Shown here in pieces: positions 49,960 through 62,559 of a stretch of DNA of 64,000 bases. The DNA comes from Octopus sinensis. Lineage: Eukaryota. Both the position numbers and the translations under genes were made by a program. The stretch's first letter is position 1, and every line of letters begins with the position of its first letter. The notes under the pieces were generated by a model. It had not been told where the DNA came from. It did no database searches and worked only from the letters and a program-made list of their open reading frames with translations. The DNA lies in the NCBI RefSeq assembly GCF_006345805.1, contig NC_043007.1, positions 62,620,001-62,684,000 of the forward strand. Reading direction: 5' to 3'.

Positions 49960-51991
49960 CTCTTAAACATGTGCTCTTTGTTTATCACTAGATACATCTT
50001 TTAAGTTTCTAGAATCCATTTCCTTAAGATATTTCTCGCAACATGACATGCTACTTACACAAAAATAACAAAAGAAGAGATAATAATAGTCAAAAGCATT
50101 TCATTCTACATCTTAAATACCCTTGTTTAATTTTTTCACCTTATTTTCAAAACCAAATATTTTCTTGTTGCTTCTCTTCTGTCGTTATGAAATGCCATTT
50201 ATATATTTTAATTAAATTTCAATCTGTTTCCTTCAATTTAACCTGTATTTTTTTTCTCATTATTTTGTTGCAATTAACAATATATTTTTTAAACCCTTGC
50301 TTCGAGTAAAACTGAAATTTTTTTCCTGTTTTGTTCAGATTTTTTTTAAAATGGTGGGGAAATATTTAAAACCTACAAAAGAAAACAAAAACTGATAAAA
50401 TTATTTCTGTTTAGGGAATTTCTTATTTAAAAAAAAAAATTCTGTTACTGAATTGTTAGATACTGACCCTTTATAAACCCCTTTACTTCTATCACAAGTG
50501 TTACAATTTTTACATTGTGGTACAGCACTATGCTCTTGTGCTGTCTGCATTAAACATTACTCTTCTTGTCAGGAGGCCAGATGATGCAACACAAGTACAG
50601 ATGCTAATGTTATGTCATTCTAGTTGTGAGTGTGGTTGGGATGATGTTAGTGTTTGATTGAAGACTTTCAGAATCACTCAGTCAAGTCCTAACATTTGGA
50701 AAATGTTAAGTATTGATTGAAGAAAGCTTTACAGAACTTGATGTGAAAAAAAACAGACCTCAAAAGACGATTAATAAAGAAAAAATTTGGTGATTGGAAG
50801 GCTAATGAATTTATTATCTTATAGATAATGACAAATTTATGCTCCAACTTTGCTTATCCGTATCTTATTTGTATAATGTCCTCATGCGTCATTGCAGAGA
50901 TCAACAGTGATTAATGGCTGACTACCTTTGTTTTATTTATTTTTTTTTTAATTTGTGAAATTTGTTCAGTGTTCATCAAACTAGTAAAATAGCTCCCTTT
51001 TTTTTAATTGAGAAGCAATCTAGTTTGTGATTGTGGCTGGACCATAGAAAGAGAGCTTCTGCTACAGAACTTTATACTAAATGCTAATGGGAACATTTTA
51101 ATAATTTTCCAACTCATACTTAACATGGAGTAATTTTATATGTAAATAAAAAAGGAATATGCACAGTGAAAAATAAATTTGTTCTGTTCTATATGAATGA
51201 ATGAAATCATATATTCATTTGTATTTCTGTTGTGTGAATGACAAGTTATCAAAAACAAAATGAAGTTAGTGTTGCATTTATTTGTGCCAGTTTGTTGGCC
51301 AAATGATAGTTTATATTTCATCAGTGTGCACTGAATTCTTGGGGAAGACACTCAACTTTCAATGACACAGTCTACCTAGGTAAACATAAAACAATAAAAA
51401 TGGTTTACTGCTGAGATTAATGAAAGTGTCATTAACCGACAATGTTTATGCTTTAAATCCTTCCACAGGCCCAGAGAATGAAATAAGAAACTACATACTC
51501 CTTTGTAGTTTCTTTGGAATCACTCAAGAAAGACCAAATCTTTAGCTTTACTCCAATGTCCAGTATGATAATGATAGTAATTCAATAGACAACTATCTCT
51601 GTTGGGGGTGAAATATTTCGGTAAATGTTTATAAAAACCAACAATGACTTTTTGCATCTGAAGCAATAAAAGTGTGATTTTCTGAATATCATTCTTTATC
51701 TGATTTTATTTATTTCTCATCGATTTTTTTCATTTTTTTCTTCTAAAATTTTTCTCTCCATCACAATTTGTTGGTTAGCCAGAATCAAATAGATCTGTGA
51801 TCAAAAGCATTCCACTCATGGCCACTCCATCTTTATTGTATATCTAGGATTAGTAGCAATAGTGCCCTGTCTGGCTGCTGTTTATTTGAAGTAATAGAAA
51901 AAGTCAAATACAGTATTATTTTCTTATTGAAAAGTGCTTTTTTACAAATATTCATTGATCTAGGTGCAAATCTATGGCCTACAGTCTAAAA

Positions 51992-52237
51992 CAGTAGTTC
52001 TCCGTATGTCCCTTGGGGATCCATACAAGATTTTGTTGTTAAAATTTATCTGCAATAAATTGCTTGCACTTCTACAATATACAAAATATTAAAAAAATTT
52101 TTATATACAATTCCTAATAATATTCAGTTATGAAAATATAATGGGATTTTATTTAAACATAAAATGGCTATGGGGGTCCAGTAGAATAAAATAGGAATCA
52201 AAGGGGTCCATAGATAAAAAGTGATTGAGAGCCACTG
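51992..52237. mobile_element. hAT (Charlie-type) MITE, 246 bp
   Basis: TIRs CAGTAGTTCTC / CAGTGGCTCTC. TSD GTCTAAAA / GTCTAGAA, the same NTCTAGAN preference as the 36973 hAT. Confidence 0.8.
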
Positions 52238-54161
52238 GTCTAGAATATACATGTAATACATACATTGAGTTTTATATATCAAGATTATATAGTCCATTGT
52301 GTCTTTTTTTTTATGATGGTAGGATTAAAGGATCTACAGATGTTGGGACACACAGAGGGGATGACAGGACTGAGACTCATGGCAGTTTGCTGTGTTTGAA
52401 AAGACATGATAAACTAAGTAAAAGCATGGTTACCCTTGCATACAGGCTCATCCTTTGCAACCCTCAGCTGAGCATCTCTAATCTTGCAGGCTCTTAGGTG
52501 CTGGTGCCGTATAAAAAGTACCCAGTACACTCTAAAGTGTTAGGAAGGGCATCCAGCTGTAGAAACCATGCCAAAACAGACATGGAACCTGAACAGCCCT
52601 TCAGCTGGCCAGCTTCTATCAAACCCATGCCAGCATGGAAAAATGGCATTAAATGATGATGATGATATATTGTGTTATGAGAGTGTGATTTAGGAGGTAT
52701 TTGGTTGCTTGTTCTAGCATGTTGAAGGCTCCTTAATTTGGTTGATTGAGATAGTGTTAATACCCCATCAATATTCCAGCATAAGGAATAAAAGACTGCT
52801 TTACCCTATGAGACCTTCACAGCAAGTGGATGACAGCCTGGAAAGAGGTTAGTACATTCCATTGCCAGGAAATGTGATACAAAATCTAGTCTTTAGTTGT
52901 GAAACAACAATGATTAAAGATAAGGCTAAGTGCTTAAGCTGAGTTCTGCATGTCAGGCATTTGAACCTACCATAGTGTCTCTGTGTTACTAACCCCAGTG
53001 AATAGAAGCAGATAGGTACCATAGGTAAGTGCAGTTCAATATGGCTTGCAATAGTGGCAAATATTTTTGTTTAGCTTTAGTCAGTCCTGATTGAGTAAAC
53101 CTATAGTCAAAAACATTACAGCTGTGACCTTTGCTGTCAGTCTAAGGATATCCAGGACTAAATTATTTAATATGCCCTTCTCTTTTTGTTCATTTGATGG
53201 AAATTTTGTTGATATTTCTAGCAGGTCAGATAATCAATTAGAGGCTCCTTTGTTCAGTTTCAATTGACGAGCATTTCATTATCTTGTTGTGCTGGCTTCT
53301 GTGGTTATGGAGGCTGGATGGATGCCATCTTTTGTATTATAGCTGACCTCTAAAGCAAGGCTAGATAGATACTGTCTGTAACATTAAAAGTGAGCTACAA
53401 ATTTTAAGATATGGTCCTGACAAACTACATAAATCTGTTATCAGTTTGCATTTGTTGCTATTTCAGTTAGAAATGACGCTCATAACGGAATGAGTGCTAT
53501 AACTTTCCTCTTCTCAAAGAAGGTAACAGGAAGTCACTCTAGTTTACTCTACCCACAGACACTGCAAAGATGCAAATTATGGCCCAAACTGAATAAGCTA
53601 CTAAAAAAGAGATATGAGAATTTCCGCATTCATTTAACATGTTTTCCAATGCTTTAATGGCTTTGACTAGCAATTAGTTGGGACAGAATTTAGAACTGGA
53701 TACTTTTTCCTGTCTCCAACCTTTACCTGTTTTTCACGTAAGGGATTTTTTTTATTGTAGATTTCTTTGAAGATGCAGAGCAATCCAGTCATAATCCTTT
53801 CTACTATAGGCACAAGGCCTGAAATTTTGGAAGCGGGCTTGTCAATTGCATTGACTGCAGTACTCAACTGGTACTTATTTCATTGACTCTGAAAGGTAAA
53901 ACTAACCTCAGTGAAATTTGAACTCAGAACATTAAGATGGATGAAATGCTGCTAAGCGTTTTATCTGGTGCTCTAATGATTCTGTTAGCTTGCCACCTTA
54001 GAGCCATCAGTCATAATGTCAGCATTATCCTTGTTTTCATCAAGTGATGACAAGAATGGAATATCATGTTCATGCATATTTAAAAACAAATACACACACA
54101 CAATGTGCTTCTTACAGTTTTCCCTCCATTGAATTCACTTAAAAAACATTGATTAGTCGTT

Positions 54162-54565
54162 AGGCGCAGGAGTGGCTGTGTGGTAAGTAGCTTGCTAATT
54201 AACCACATGGTTCCGGGTTCAGTCCCACTGCGTGGCATCTTGGGCAAGTGTCTTCTGCTATAGCCTCGGGCCGACCAATGCCTTGTGAGTGGATTTGGTA
54301 GACAGAAACTGAAAGAAGCCTGTCGTATATATGTATATATATATAAGTGTGTGTGTGTATATGTTTGTGTGTCTGTGTTTGTCCCCCTAGCATTGCTTGA
54401 CAACCGATGCTGGTGTGTTTACGTCCACGTCACTTAGCGGTTCGGCAAAAGGGACCGATAGAATAAGTACTGGGCTTACAAAGAATAAGTCCCGGGGTCG
54501 ATTTGCTCGACTAAAGGCGGTGCTCCAGCATGGCCACAGTCAAATGACTGAAACAAGTAAAAGAG
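54162..54565 (+). mobile_element. tRNA-derived SINE family A, full-length and well preserved
   Basis: Head GGAGTGGCTGTGTGGTAAG...GGTTCAGTCCC, central (TA/TG)n, tail GACTGAAACAAGTAAAAGA. Other copies at about 17070-17240 (-), 18828-19181, 30695-31055, 31885-32233 (-), 40255-40437 (-), 43265-43437 (-), 44056-44480 (-) and 60690-61085. Confidence 0.9.
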
Positions 54566-56120
54566 TATAGTCAAAGGTACTAATTGAAGGTGCTATACAG
54601 TGAGACAGAGCCTAAAACCACCTGGTTCCAAAGCAAAATTCTTAACGAAGCAGCCATGCTTGAACCTTCGATACAAAAGTTTGAAGGCTTTCTCACTAAG
54701 TTATCTTTAAGAAATTTGTGAACAATATTGTAAAAGCGACCTGTTAAATGTCTTCATAATTCTTTTGGAAAATACACCGCCTCTTAATTTTTCATTGTAT
54801 TTGGTATCAATAATAGGCAGGCATGGAATGTTAGAACATGGATAACCAAGACAAGAAGATACTGAAAAAAAAATAGTTATATTGGTTAGCAGTTTAATAT
54901 TCTGTTACCACAAGGTAGTGAACTGGCAGAGTTGTTAGCACTCTGGACTAAATGCTTAGCAGCATTTCATTTTTATGTTCTAAATTCAAATTCTGCCAAG
55001 GTTGACTTTACCTTTCATCCTTTCAGGGTCAATAAAATAAGTACCAGTCAAATACTGGGGTCAATGTAATTGACTTACCTTCACCCCTGAAATTGCTGGC
55101 ATTGTGCCAAAATTTGAAAGCAATATTCTGTTATCCATCTGCTCTGTTTCCATGGCTAATTTCACAGTTGTAAATATCATGTTGAAGCATGAAATAAACT
55201 ACTCTCGTTGGTTGTTAGCTGTTAGGCTGTTGTATTCTTCAAAAATTCCAAGCTTCCCCAAATTTTCTAACACTATTCCTGAAGTGCCTATGCACCCTTC
55301 CTTCTTTGTGGCTGTTTCATTGTTCACTTTTCTGCTTTTTTTGTGATTTATCCTGTGTTCTGCACATGTACTATCAACCCTCATTGCTGTCTTTCTTTAC
55401 TTGACCTATTGCAGCTTTCTGTCCCCATTTCCTGATGATTTGTAGTGCACCTGGGCACTATATACAATAACAGGCCTTGTATCTATAGTAGAAAGGATTA
55501 TTATACATTCAGTGTGGTATAATTAACAATAGCTTGACAAGGAGCTGAGATCTAGTTCTTATGTTGGTCTGAATAAAGAAATTGAAAACCACTTTGGTGG
55601 ATTCTTTCCTCAAATTAGCTATATAAAGTCCAGGTCTTCAATAGTGCTCCATTTAAGCTAGTAGAGCAGTTTAGAGTGAAGTCACATTCTTTGTGAGAAG
55701 AGTATGTAACTGAGCTTGAATTTTTCTTGTCATTCCACTTATATTGTTAATCTTCTTGAGAAATATCACTGAAGTTTTATGCTTAACTGTAGGAACTCAG
55801 TGAAGTAGGTGAATTATTGTATTAACTATTCTTTATTCAAATCTAGTCGTAGATAATCTTTTGTTGCTGTTTAACCTAGTTCAGCCTTGACTGAGCTGTG
55901 TTTATAATTAGAAGTATTCCAATTATAACCCACTCAGTTTTTCTTCAGACTTAGTGTACCTAGAGCTACATTTTTCAATGTGTCCTTCTTCATTTTTTTC
56001 AAAATAGGAGCATGTAATGGGGAAGAAGGATGATTTGTCTGCTATCTCTAGCAGGCCAAATGAACATATAGAGGTTTTTTGTTTGTCTCACTTCAATTGT
56101 TTTTGTTTTGATTACTTTAT

Positions 56121-56430
56121 AACAAAGGACTAGACACTGACAGTTTTAGATCCTCAAGTCCAAAAAAAAGAAAAAAAAAACAAGACTTAAGAATGTTACG
56201 GGTTCTCTGTCACAAGAAGATCAAGACATAAAGAGATGACAGGTCCCCAATCTTTCAAGACTAAGACAAGGAAGTTGCGGATCTCCATATCACAGAAGAC
56301 TAAGACTTAAGAAAACGGCAGATTTCTATTGCAAAAAGACCAAGACATAAGGAGATCCTTATATCTGGAGAAGTCCAAGACTTGGGGAAGCAGTAGGACC
56401 TTGGTCAGGAAAAGACCAAAACATGAGAAG
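56121..56430. repeat. Diverged ~40-bp-period array with conserved AAGACYAAGACWTAAG motif
   Basis: The core YAAGAC occurs at 56181, 56222, 56262, 56301, 56341, 56376 and 56417. Confidence 0.7.
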
Positions 56431-57202
56431 AAATATTTGGTCAAATCTAAGGGTGTTGAGCTGCATGGACAAGATGGCATGGATTGAGTGAAATTGCAGG
56501 ATATTGAAGAACAAAAAATGATTTTGAAATAACGTAAAACTATTACAACTGAAACAGTGTCTCTCCAAGCACTTTTGGAAATGATGGCCTGAAGAAATAT
56601 TTACCATGCAAATTCTGGAATTTACTGCTTAAGAGGATTTATCTGAAATTGTCAATAAGATTAATGAATTCAACTTGATAAACAAATAAACAGCTTTTGC
56701 AATTGTTTACCTAATTTAGAACAGTTAAGCCATTTTCTATCTTCCCTGGTTCTCTCTCTCTCTCATGATTTTATTTTCTTCATTAATAAATAGAATCTTG
56801 CTTTCCATAGTGATTAAATACTTTAAGTATTGTTTGCTATATATGTGTGTGTGTGTGTGTGTTGGAAAAACAAACAATCATGGCTTTCTGAATAATAAAA
56901 TACTGGCTTATTGTTGAAGAATGGTGGGTATGAATGTGGTTCTAGATAAAGTGTTGTAGGTCATTTATTTTCATCCTCTCAAGGAAAAAAGTGTAGGGGT
57001 ATTGTTGATGATACAAACATTGTAAAAAATTGCTTGTAGTACTTAGTTACAGTCAACTTAACCATTCATTGTTCTGCCAGATAAACTAAAGGGTCAGTCA
57101 AATACTGGGTTCAAATTAATCAAGGGTTAATTCTTCCAAAATGTGTGATTATGTTAGAAATTACTATGAATTGTGAATATTAGTACAAGTGTGGGTATGT
57201 GC

Positions 57203-58277
57203 TGTAGGAAGGCAAACTCATCACACACACCCTCAGGTAGGTGGCCCTGTTCGATCTGTAGAAAAGGTGTAGGTAGAAGCTCCATAAGATGTACCCAGTG
57301 TAAGCATAAGAGGTGCAGCAACATCAAAGGAAAATTAACCGAGAAGATAGCTTTCATGTGCGGCAGATGCACAGGGGCAATAGACACCACAGATTCCATC
57401 ACACTCCAGGGGAAGAAACTAGAAGTAGTTGACAGCTTCCGCTACTTAGGTGACCAAGTTAGTAGTGGGAGTGGATGCTCAGAGAGTGTTACCACTAGAA
57501 TAAGAATAGCCTGGGCAGGGTCAATGGTGACAAAGGGTCTCTCGCTCAGAGTGAAAGGTAGATTGTACGACGCATGTGGGCAAACTTCCATGCTTCATGG
57601 CAGTGAAACATGGACTGTGACTGCGGAGGACATGCCTAGGCTTGAAAGAAATGAAGCTAACATGATCCGCTGGATGAGTAATGTCAGTGTGCATGCACGA
57701 CAGAATGTAAGTGCCCTGAGAGAAATGTTGGACATGAGAACCATCGGATGTGGCATGCAAGAAAGACATTTGTGCTGGTATGGTCATGTACTATGGATGT
57801 ATGAGGAGAGATGTGTGAAGAAGTGCCACTCCCAAACAGTTGAAGGAATCCAGGGTAGAGGTAGACCCAGGAAGACATGGGATGAGGTGGTGAAGCACGG
57901 CCTTCGAACGTTGGGCCTCACATAGGCAATGAGGAAAGACCAAGACCTCTGAAGATATGCTGTGACTGCGAAGACCCGACAAATAAAGTGAGTTCATGAC
58001 TGTATCCTACACCAGCTTCACACAACCAGCCCATTCAAAGTACCTTGGATCACAGGACAGTTTGCTGTGTTTACCTTGGATCGTGGGGTGACCTGCTGTG
58101 CTTGAGGAGACCTATTGAGTCAAGTACATCAACATCAAAATTAGGAAGGGCATCCAGCTGTAGAAACACTGCCAGATCAGACTGGAGCCTGGTGCAGCCT
58201 CCTGGCTTCCCAGACCCCTGTCAAACCGTCCAACCCATGCTAGCATGGAAAACGGACATTAAACGATGATGATGATG
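57203..58277 (+). mobile_element. 5'-truncated RTE LINE (second lineage)
   Basis: The 250-aa ORF 57173-57925 has GRWPCSICRKGVG..C..C..HKRC..CGRC, FRYLG, WYGHV and GRGRPRKTW, followed by a (GAT)n tail. Confidence 0.92.
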
Positions 58278-58698
58278 TGGTTTTGAGTTCAGCCCCCCCA
58301 CTCCCCCATAGCACATTCGGCAAGTGTCTTCTATTGTAGCCCTGGGCTATAGTAGAAGACACTAGATGAAAACTGTGGATGCCTGTCATGTATGTGTGTT
58401 TGTGTGTCTGTGTGTGTACAAGGAAATTAAGACAAGGTAGAAAATGCTAAAATAATTTTATCATGAAGAACATCTTAGTACTACTTTCAGTATTTGCGAC
58501 TTTTTCAACTTAGAGTAAAGTATAAAAGACAATTAAATTGTGGAAAAATTAAATGAAATGTTTTTTTTTAATATTTCCATACTTGGGACATTTTCCTTTT
58601 TTCTGTCTCTCTCTCTTCTACTTTTGTGAAGGCTCAGTAGTTAGGTCGTAGCAGATATATATATATTACACTTAAACAAGATATATATATATTACACT

Positions 58699-58838
58699 TA
58701 AACAAGAATGCTTTCGATTGTGACTTTGAAGTTTCGACCAGCTAAGCCATTGTTGGACTGCCAGATAAACTAAAGGTAGTCTGACAATGGCTTAGCTGGC
58801 CAAAACTTCGAAGTCACTGTCAAAAACATTCTTGTTTA
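58699..58838. repeat. Compact hairpin: 64-bp arms, 12-nt loop
   Basis: 58699-58762 is inverted at 58775-58838 with about 10 mismatches. It is preceded by an exact 26-bp tandem duplication (58655-58706). Confidence 0.85.
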
Positions 58839-59156
58839 CAATTAATAAATTTGTACTCTACAAAAGTATAGAGTAACCTATCAGGTTAATGTAAAGTCGT
58901 TTTTATTATAGCTGAACAGGGAAACAAATATACATATATGTATATATATATATGCATGTATATAGGGCAGAATTGGTAGCACACCAGGTAAAATATGCTT
59001 AGTGGCATTTCATCTGTCTTAACATTCTTAATTCAAATTCCACAGAAGTAAACTTTGCCTTTCATCCTTTTGAGGTCAATAAAATAAGTACTAGGGTCGA
59101 TATAATTAATTTACTCCCTCCCCAAAAATTACTGGTCTTGAGCCAAAATTTGAAAC

Positions 59157-59189
<33 letters not shown>

Positions 59190-59192
<3 letters not shown>

Positions 59193-59374
59193 CAACCAGA
59201 CTATCCAATGTTGCTACACATCGCTGGTCACAATGCATTTCACATTGTTTAGCCTTCAAATGACGCCACCCCGCTGGCTAAGTGAGCAGGCCAAGAGAAG
59301 AAAGAGTATGGGAATCGAAACCATGATCCTACGACCGGGAGTCCGCTGCCCTAACCACTGGGCCATTGCGCCCC
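59190..59374 (-). mobile_element. tRNA-headed SINE fragment (internally deleted)
   Basis: The reverse strand reads GGCGCAATGGCCCAGTGGTTAGGGCAGC...GGTTTCGATTCCC. Confidence 0.7.
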
Positions 59375-59577
59375 CCCCCCACCATATATATATATATATA
59401 TATATGGATTGATTTGGATTGTCTACATTCAGTCCATTGCATGATGGGAACCTCAGCATGTTCTCTCCACCAACTACTGTCTGATCTGGAAGCCATGAAT
59501 TTGAGCTTAAGATCATACTGGTTTGATGCCACACTAGCTTGACATGGCTTGGCTGAGGGGTGCAGTTTTTTATACTC

Positions 59578-60544
59578 TTCCAAAAACAGCCAAAATGTTT
59601 GGTGTATCAAGAAGTACTGTCTCGAGAGTAATGACAACCTGTGAGAAAGAGGGAAATACCTCCTTGTTGAAATAAAACTCCAGAAGAAAACCAAAACTTT
59701 CAGATAGAGACCGTTGGACTCTTATGCACATTGTTAGAAAGGATCACAAAAGTACAGCTCCCAAAATTTCTGCAGAGTTTAATGACCACCTCGAGAACCC
59801 AGTTTTCACAAAAACTGTTCACTGGGAGCTGCACAAAGCCAGATTTCATGGGAGGGCTGTAATCAGAAAACCACTACTTTCAAAAACAAACATTGCAAAC
59901 CGTTTAGAGTAGAGTAAAAACCTACAGAATTGGTCCCTTATTTCTGACCACCAGCTGAGTATACATGTGAAGATAGACAAGAGAAGCATTTGATCCACAC
60001 TGCCTTCTTCCAACTGTTAAACATGGAGGAGCATCTGTGATGATCCAGGGGGCTATATCTTGGAAATCCACCGGCCCAATGGTTTCCCTTCATGGCAGAA
60101 TTAACAGTCAAGACTAAGCATTTTATCTGATCAAATTCATCTTATGGTTGTGGAACTGTTTCTGGAGGGAAACGCAATCTTTCATGATGATAATGCACCA
60201 ATTCGCACAGCTAAAGTTGTTACTGAATGGCATGAAGAACATTCTAGTGAAGTTGAACATCTTATCTGGCCACCACAGTCCCCAGATCTTAATATTATTG
60301 AACATTTATGGTGCATTTTAGGAAAAATAAAGGAGTCAATATCCTCCACCATAATCACTATAAGAACTGGAGACTGTTTTAGCTGAAGAATGGGCAAAAA
60401 TTCCTTTGGAAACAATTCAAACTTTGTACGAGTCCATACCTCACAGAATTCAAGTTGTAATTACTGCCAAAGGTAGTCCTACTCCATATTAAAATAAACT
60501 TGTTTGAAATTTTAAGGTGTTTCCATTATTTTGTCCAACCCTTG
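59578..60544 (+). mobile_element. Tc1-like transposon, 5'-deleted, with decayed transposase
   Basis: KTAKMFGVSRSTVSRVM, IRKPLLSKTN, FHDDNAP, WPPQSPDLNIIEHLW. The right terminus ...TTGTCCAACCCTTG is followed by TA; no left TIR was found. Confidence 0.85.
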
Positions 60545-61929
60545 TATATATATAAGGTGGCTGTACAATTTGGTTACATAGTTTCTCTAGACAAACATAT
60601 TTAATCTGCAGAAAGAAAAAGCAAAAAAATATCAGTGATATATTGATACACACACACACACACACAATACATATAAATAGGTGTGTGTGCGTGTGTGTGT
60701 CATATAAATAGATGTGTGTGTGTGTGTATTTGTGTGCATGTCTTTATGTTTGCTACACACTGCCTGACAACCAGTGTTGGTTAGTTTATGTCCCCATAAT
60801 TTTGTAGACAAGAGACTCAAGTGCATCAGTGGCAGTGTAAATAAGCTGGATAGGTTTTTAGGATGTTGTATGTGTGAAGAGACGTGGCTTAGTGGTTAGG
60901 GCGTCAGGCTTACAGTTATAAAGTCATGGGTTTGATTCCTGGATTGTGCAGTGTGTTATATCCTTGGGCAATGTTACTCCTGTCTAATCAGCTGAAAGAG
61001 ACCGATAGCATAAGTATCAGACTTAAGCATAAGGGTTGATTTGTTTAGCTAAACCCTTCAAATCAGTGCCCTAGTATGGCCATAGTCCAATGACAAGAAG
61101 AAGTAAAATAACTGCTCAGCAATTGTTTTAAAATAATAGCCATTACAAAAAAAAAAAAAAAAGTGGTGGGGTATTCAAAATAGAAGAAAAATCTGGAAAT
61201 ACTGAAACCTGGCCAATAATTTGAAATTACTGAAAATAAGCAGAGAATGCTTGGAAATTGTGGTAGAGAGGGTGAAAAATAGATAAGCTATTAGAAATGC
61301 TAGAAAAGAATGAAAAATTGTAAAAATGATGAATAGATAGAAAGTAGTTATGAAAGGTGAGTTGTAAGAATGAATGAAAATTGGTAGAAACCATTGCAAA
61401 TAGCTAGAGATTGCTAGAAATTGTGATGACAGCATCCTATGAAAAATGACGGCAATATATTACGTAAATGATGGAAATGTAATAAATGATCAGAGAGGGT
61501 GGAAACTGAGTGAGATAATTGAAAATGACAATAACAATAGTTGGTTAATAACAGCAATTATTGGAAAAATGAGTGAAATAGCTTTAAATTAATGGAAAAT
61601 GACAGAGAACAAATATTAAATTTAGTAATTACTAGAAAATATAATAGCTGGAAACAACTAAATTGTCTTGGAAAAATAATATCAGGACATTGCTGGAGTC
61701 TGGTGGAAATTAAAAGAAATCAATAGAAAATAATAGTGATTGTTTAAAAAATAAACGATGGAAAACAGCAGAAATGACTATTCAGACTAAGAAATTACTT
61801 GAAATGACAGAAGTTTCTGAAAACTACTAATAACATTCCAAAGAAAACTGGAAATGATAGAAACTATGAAAGAAATTTTTAAATAATTCTTCCTTTTTGG
61901 TCTTGTTGGGGGAAAAAGTGCTGCATCTA

Positions 61930-62235
61930 CGACCTTCACATGTCCTCTGTGATTGGTGATATCAATACAGTTAATGTCTATCTTGAATAAGGACGGTAAG
62001 TGTTGGGTAGGAATTCCAATATTTTGACACTCAAGGTGAGGAAGGGAGTTAGACCTTGGAGAGAAGCATGCTGCATGGATTTGATATGCAAAGAGCTTGC
62101 TCTAAGAAGCAGAGAACATTGAAGTAACTGTAAGTAGATAGAAAAAACATAGTGAGGATACACATTTGTGAACAAGAGCCTCAAGTGCATTGGTGGCAAT
62201 GTAAATAAGCTGGGTGGGTTTTTTAGGATGTTGTA
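61930..62235 (+). mobile_element. Probable CR1/L2-type LINE 3' fragment
   Basis: Decayed C-terminal-like reading ending ...NKLGGF. It is directly followed by a SINE C head. Confidence 0.4.
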
Positions 62236-62559
62236 TCTGTGAAGAGATGTGGCTTAGTGGTTAGGGTGTCAGGTTTACAGTTATAAAGTCATGAGTTTGA
62301 TTCCTGGATTGAGCAGTGTATTATATCCTTGGGCAAGACGCATCATTTCATGTTACACCTGTCTAATCAGCTGAAAATCGTTATCATCCTAGTGCTGGTG
62401 CAATTCTCTCTCCCTCTAGCTATTATAGTCTCAAGGTTCTGCTGGGCCAAGAGTGGGAGAGATGAGAAGATGTCTACATCTCTTCATGACAACATAAGCA
62501 CCTAAAACAATCAATGAAAATATGGTAGTCTTACTCATTTGCAAGTAATGGCTAAGCTT

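Noticed and set aside
53467-53522. Candidate exon RNDAHNGMSAITFLFSKK, and the TACTAAC/GTAAGT pair at 52987-53030
   Set aside because: Isolated splice-like signals with no recognisable product or compatible neighbouring exons.
56121-56430. CRISPR array
   Set aside because: The context is eukaryotic, the repeats are short and degenerate, the spacers are partly similar to each other, and there are no cas genes.
59300-59374. tRNA gene (also at 54162 and other box A/B hits)
   Set aside because: No acceptor-stem pairing is present, and each continues into a SINE body.
61085-61900. Hidden coding region or regular satellite
   Set aside because: Purine/A-rich low-complexity sequence with no stable period or credible ORF.
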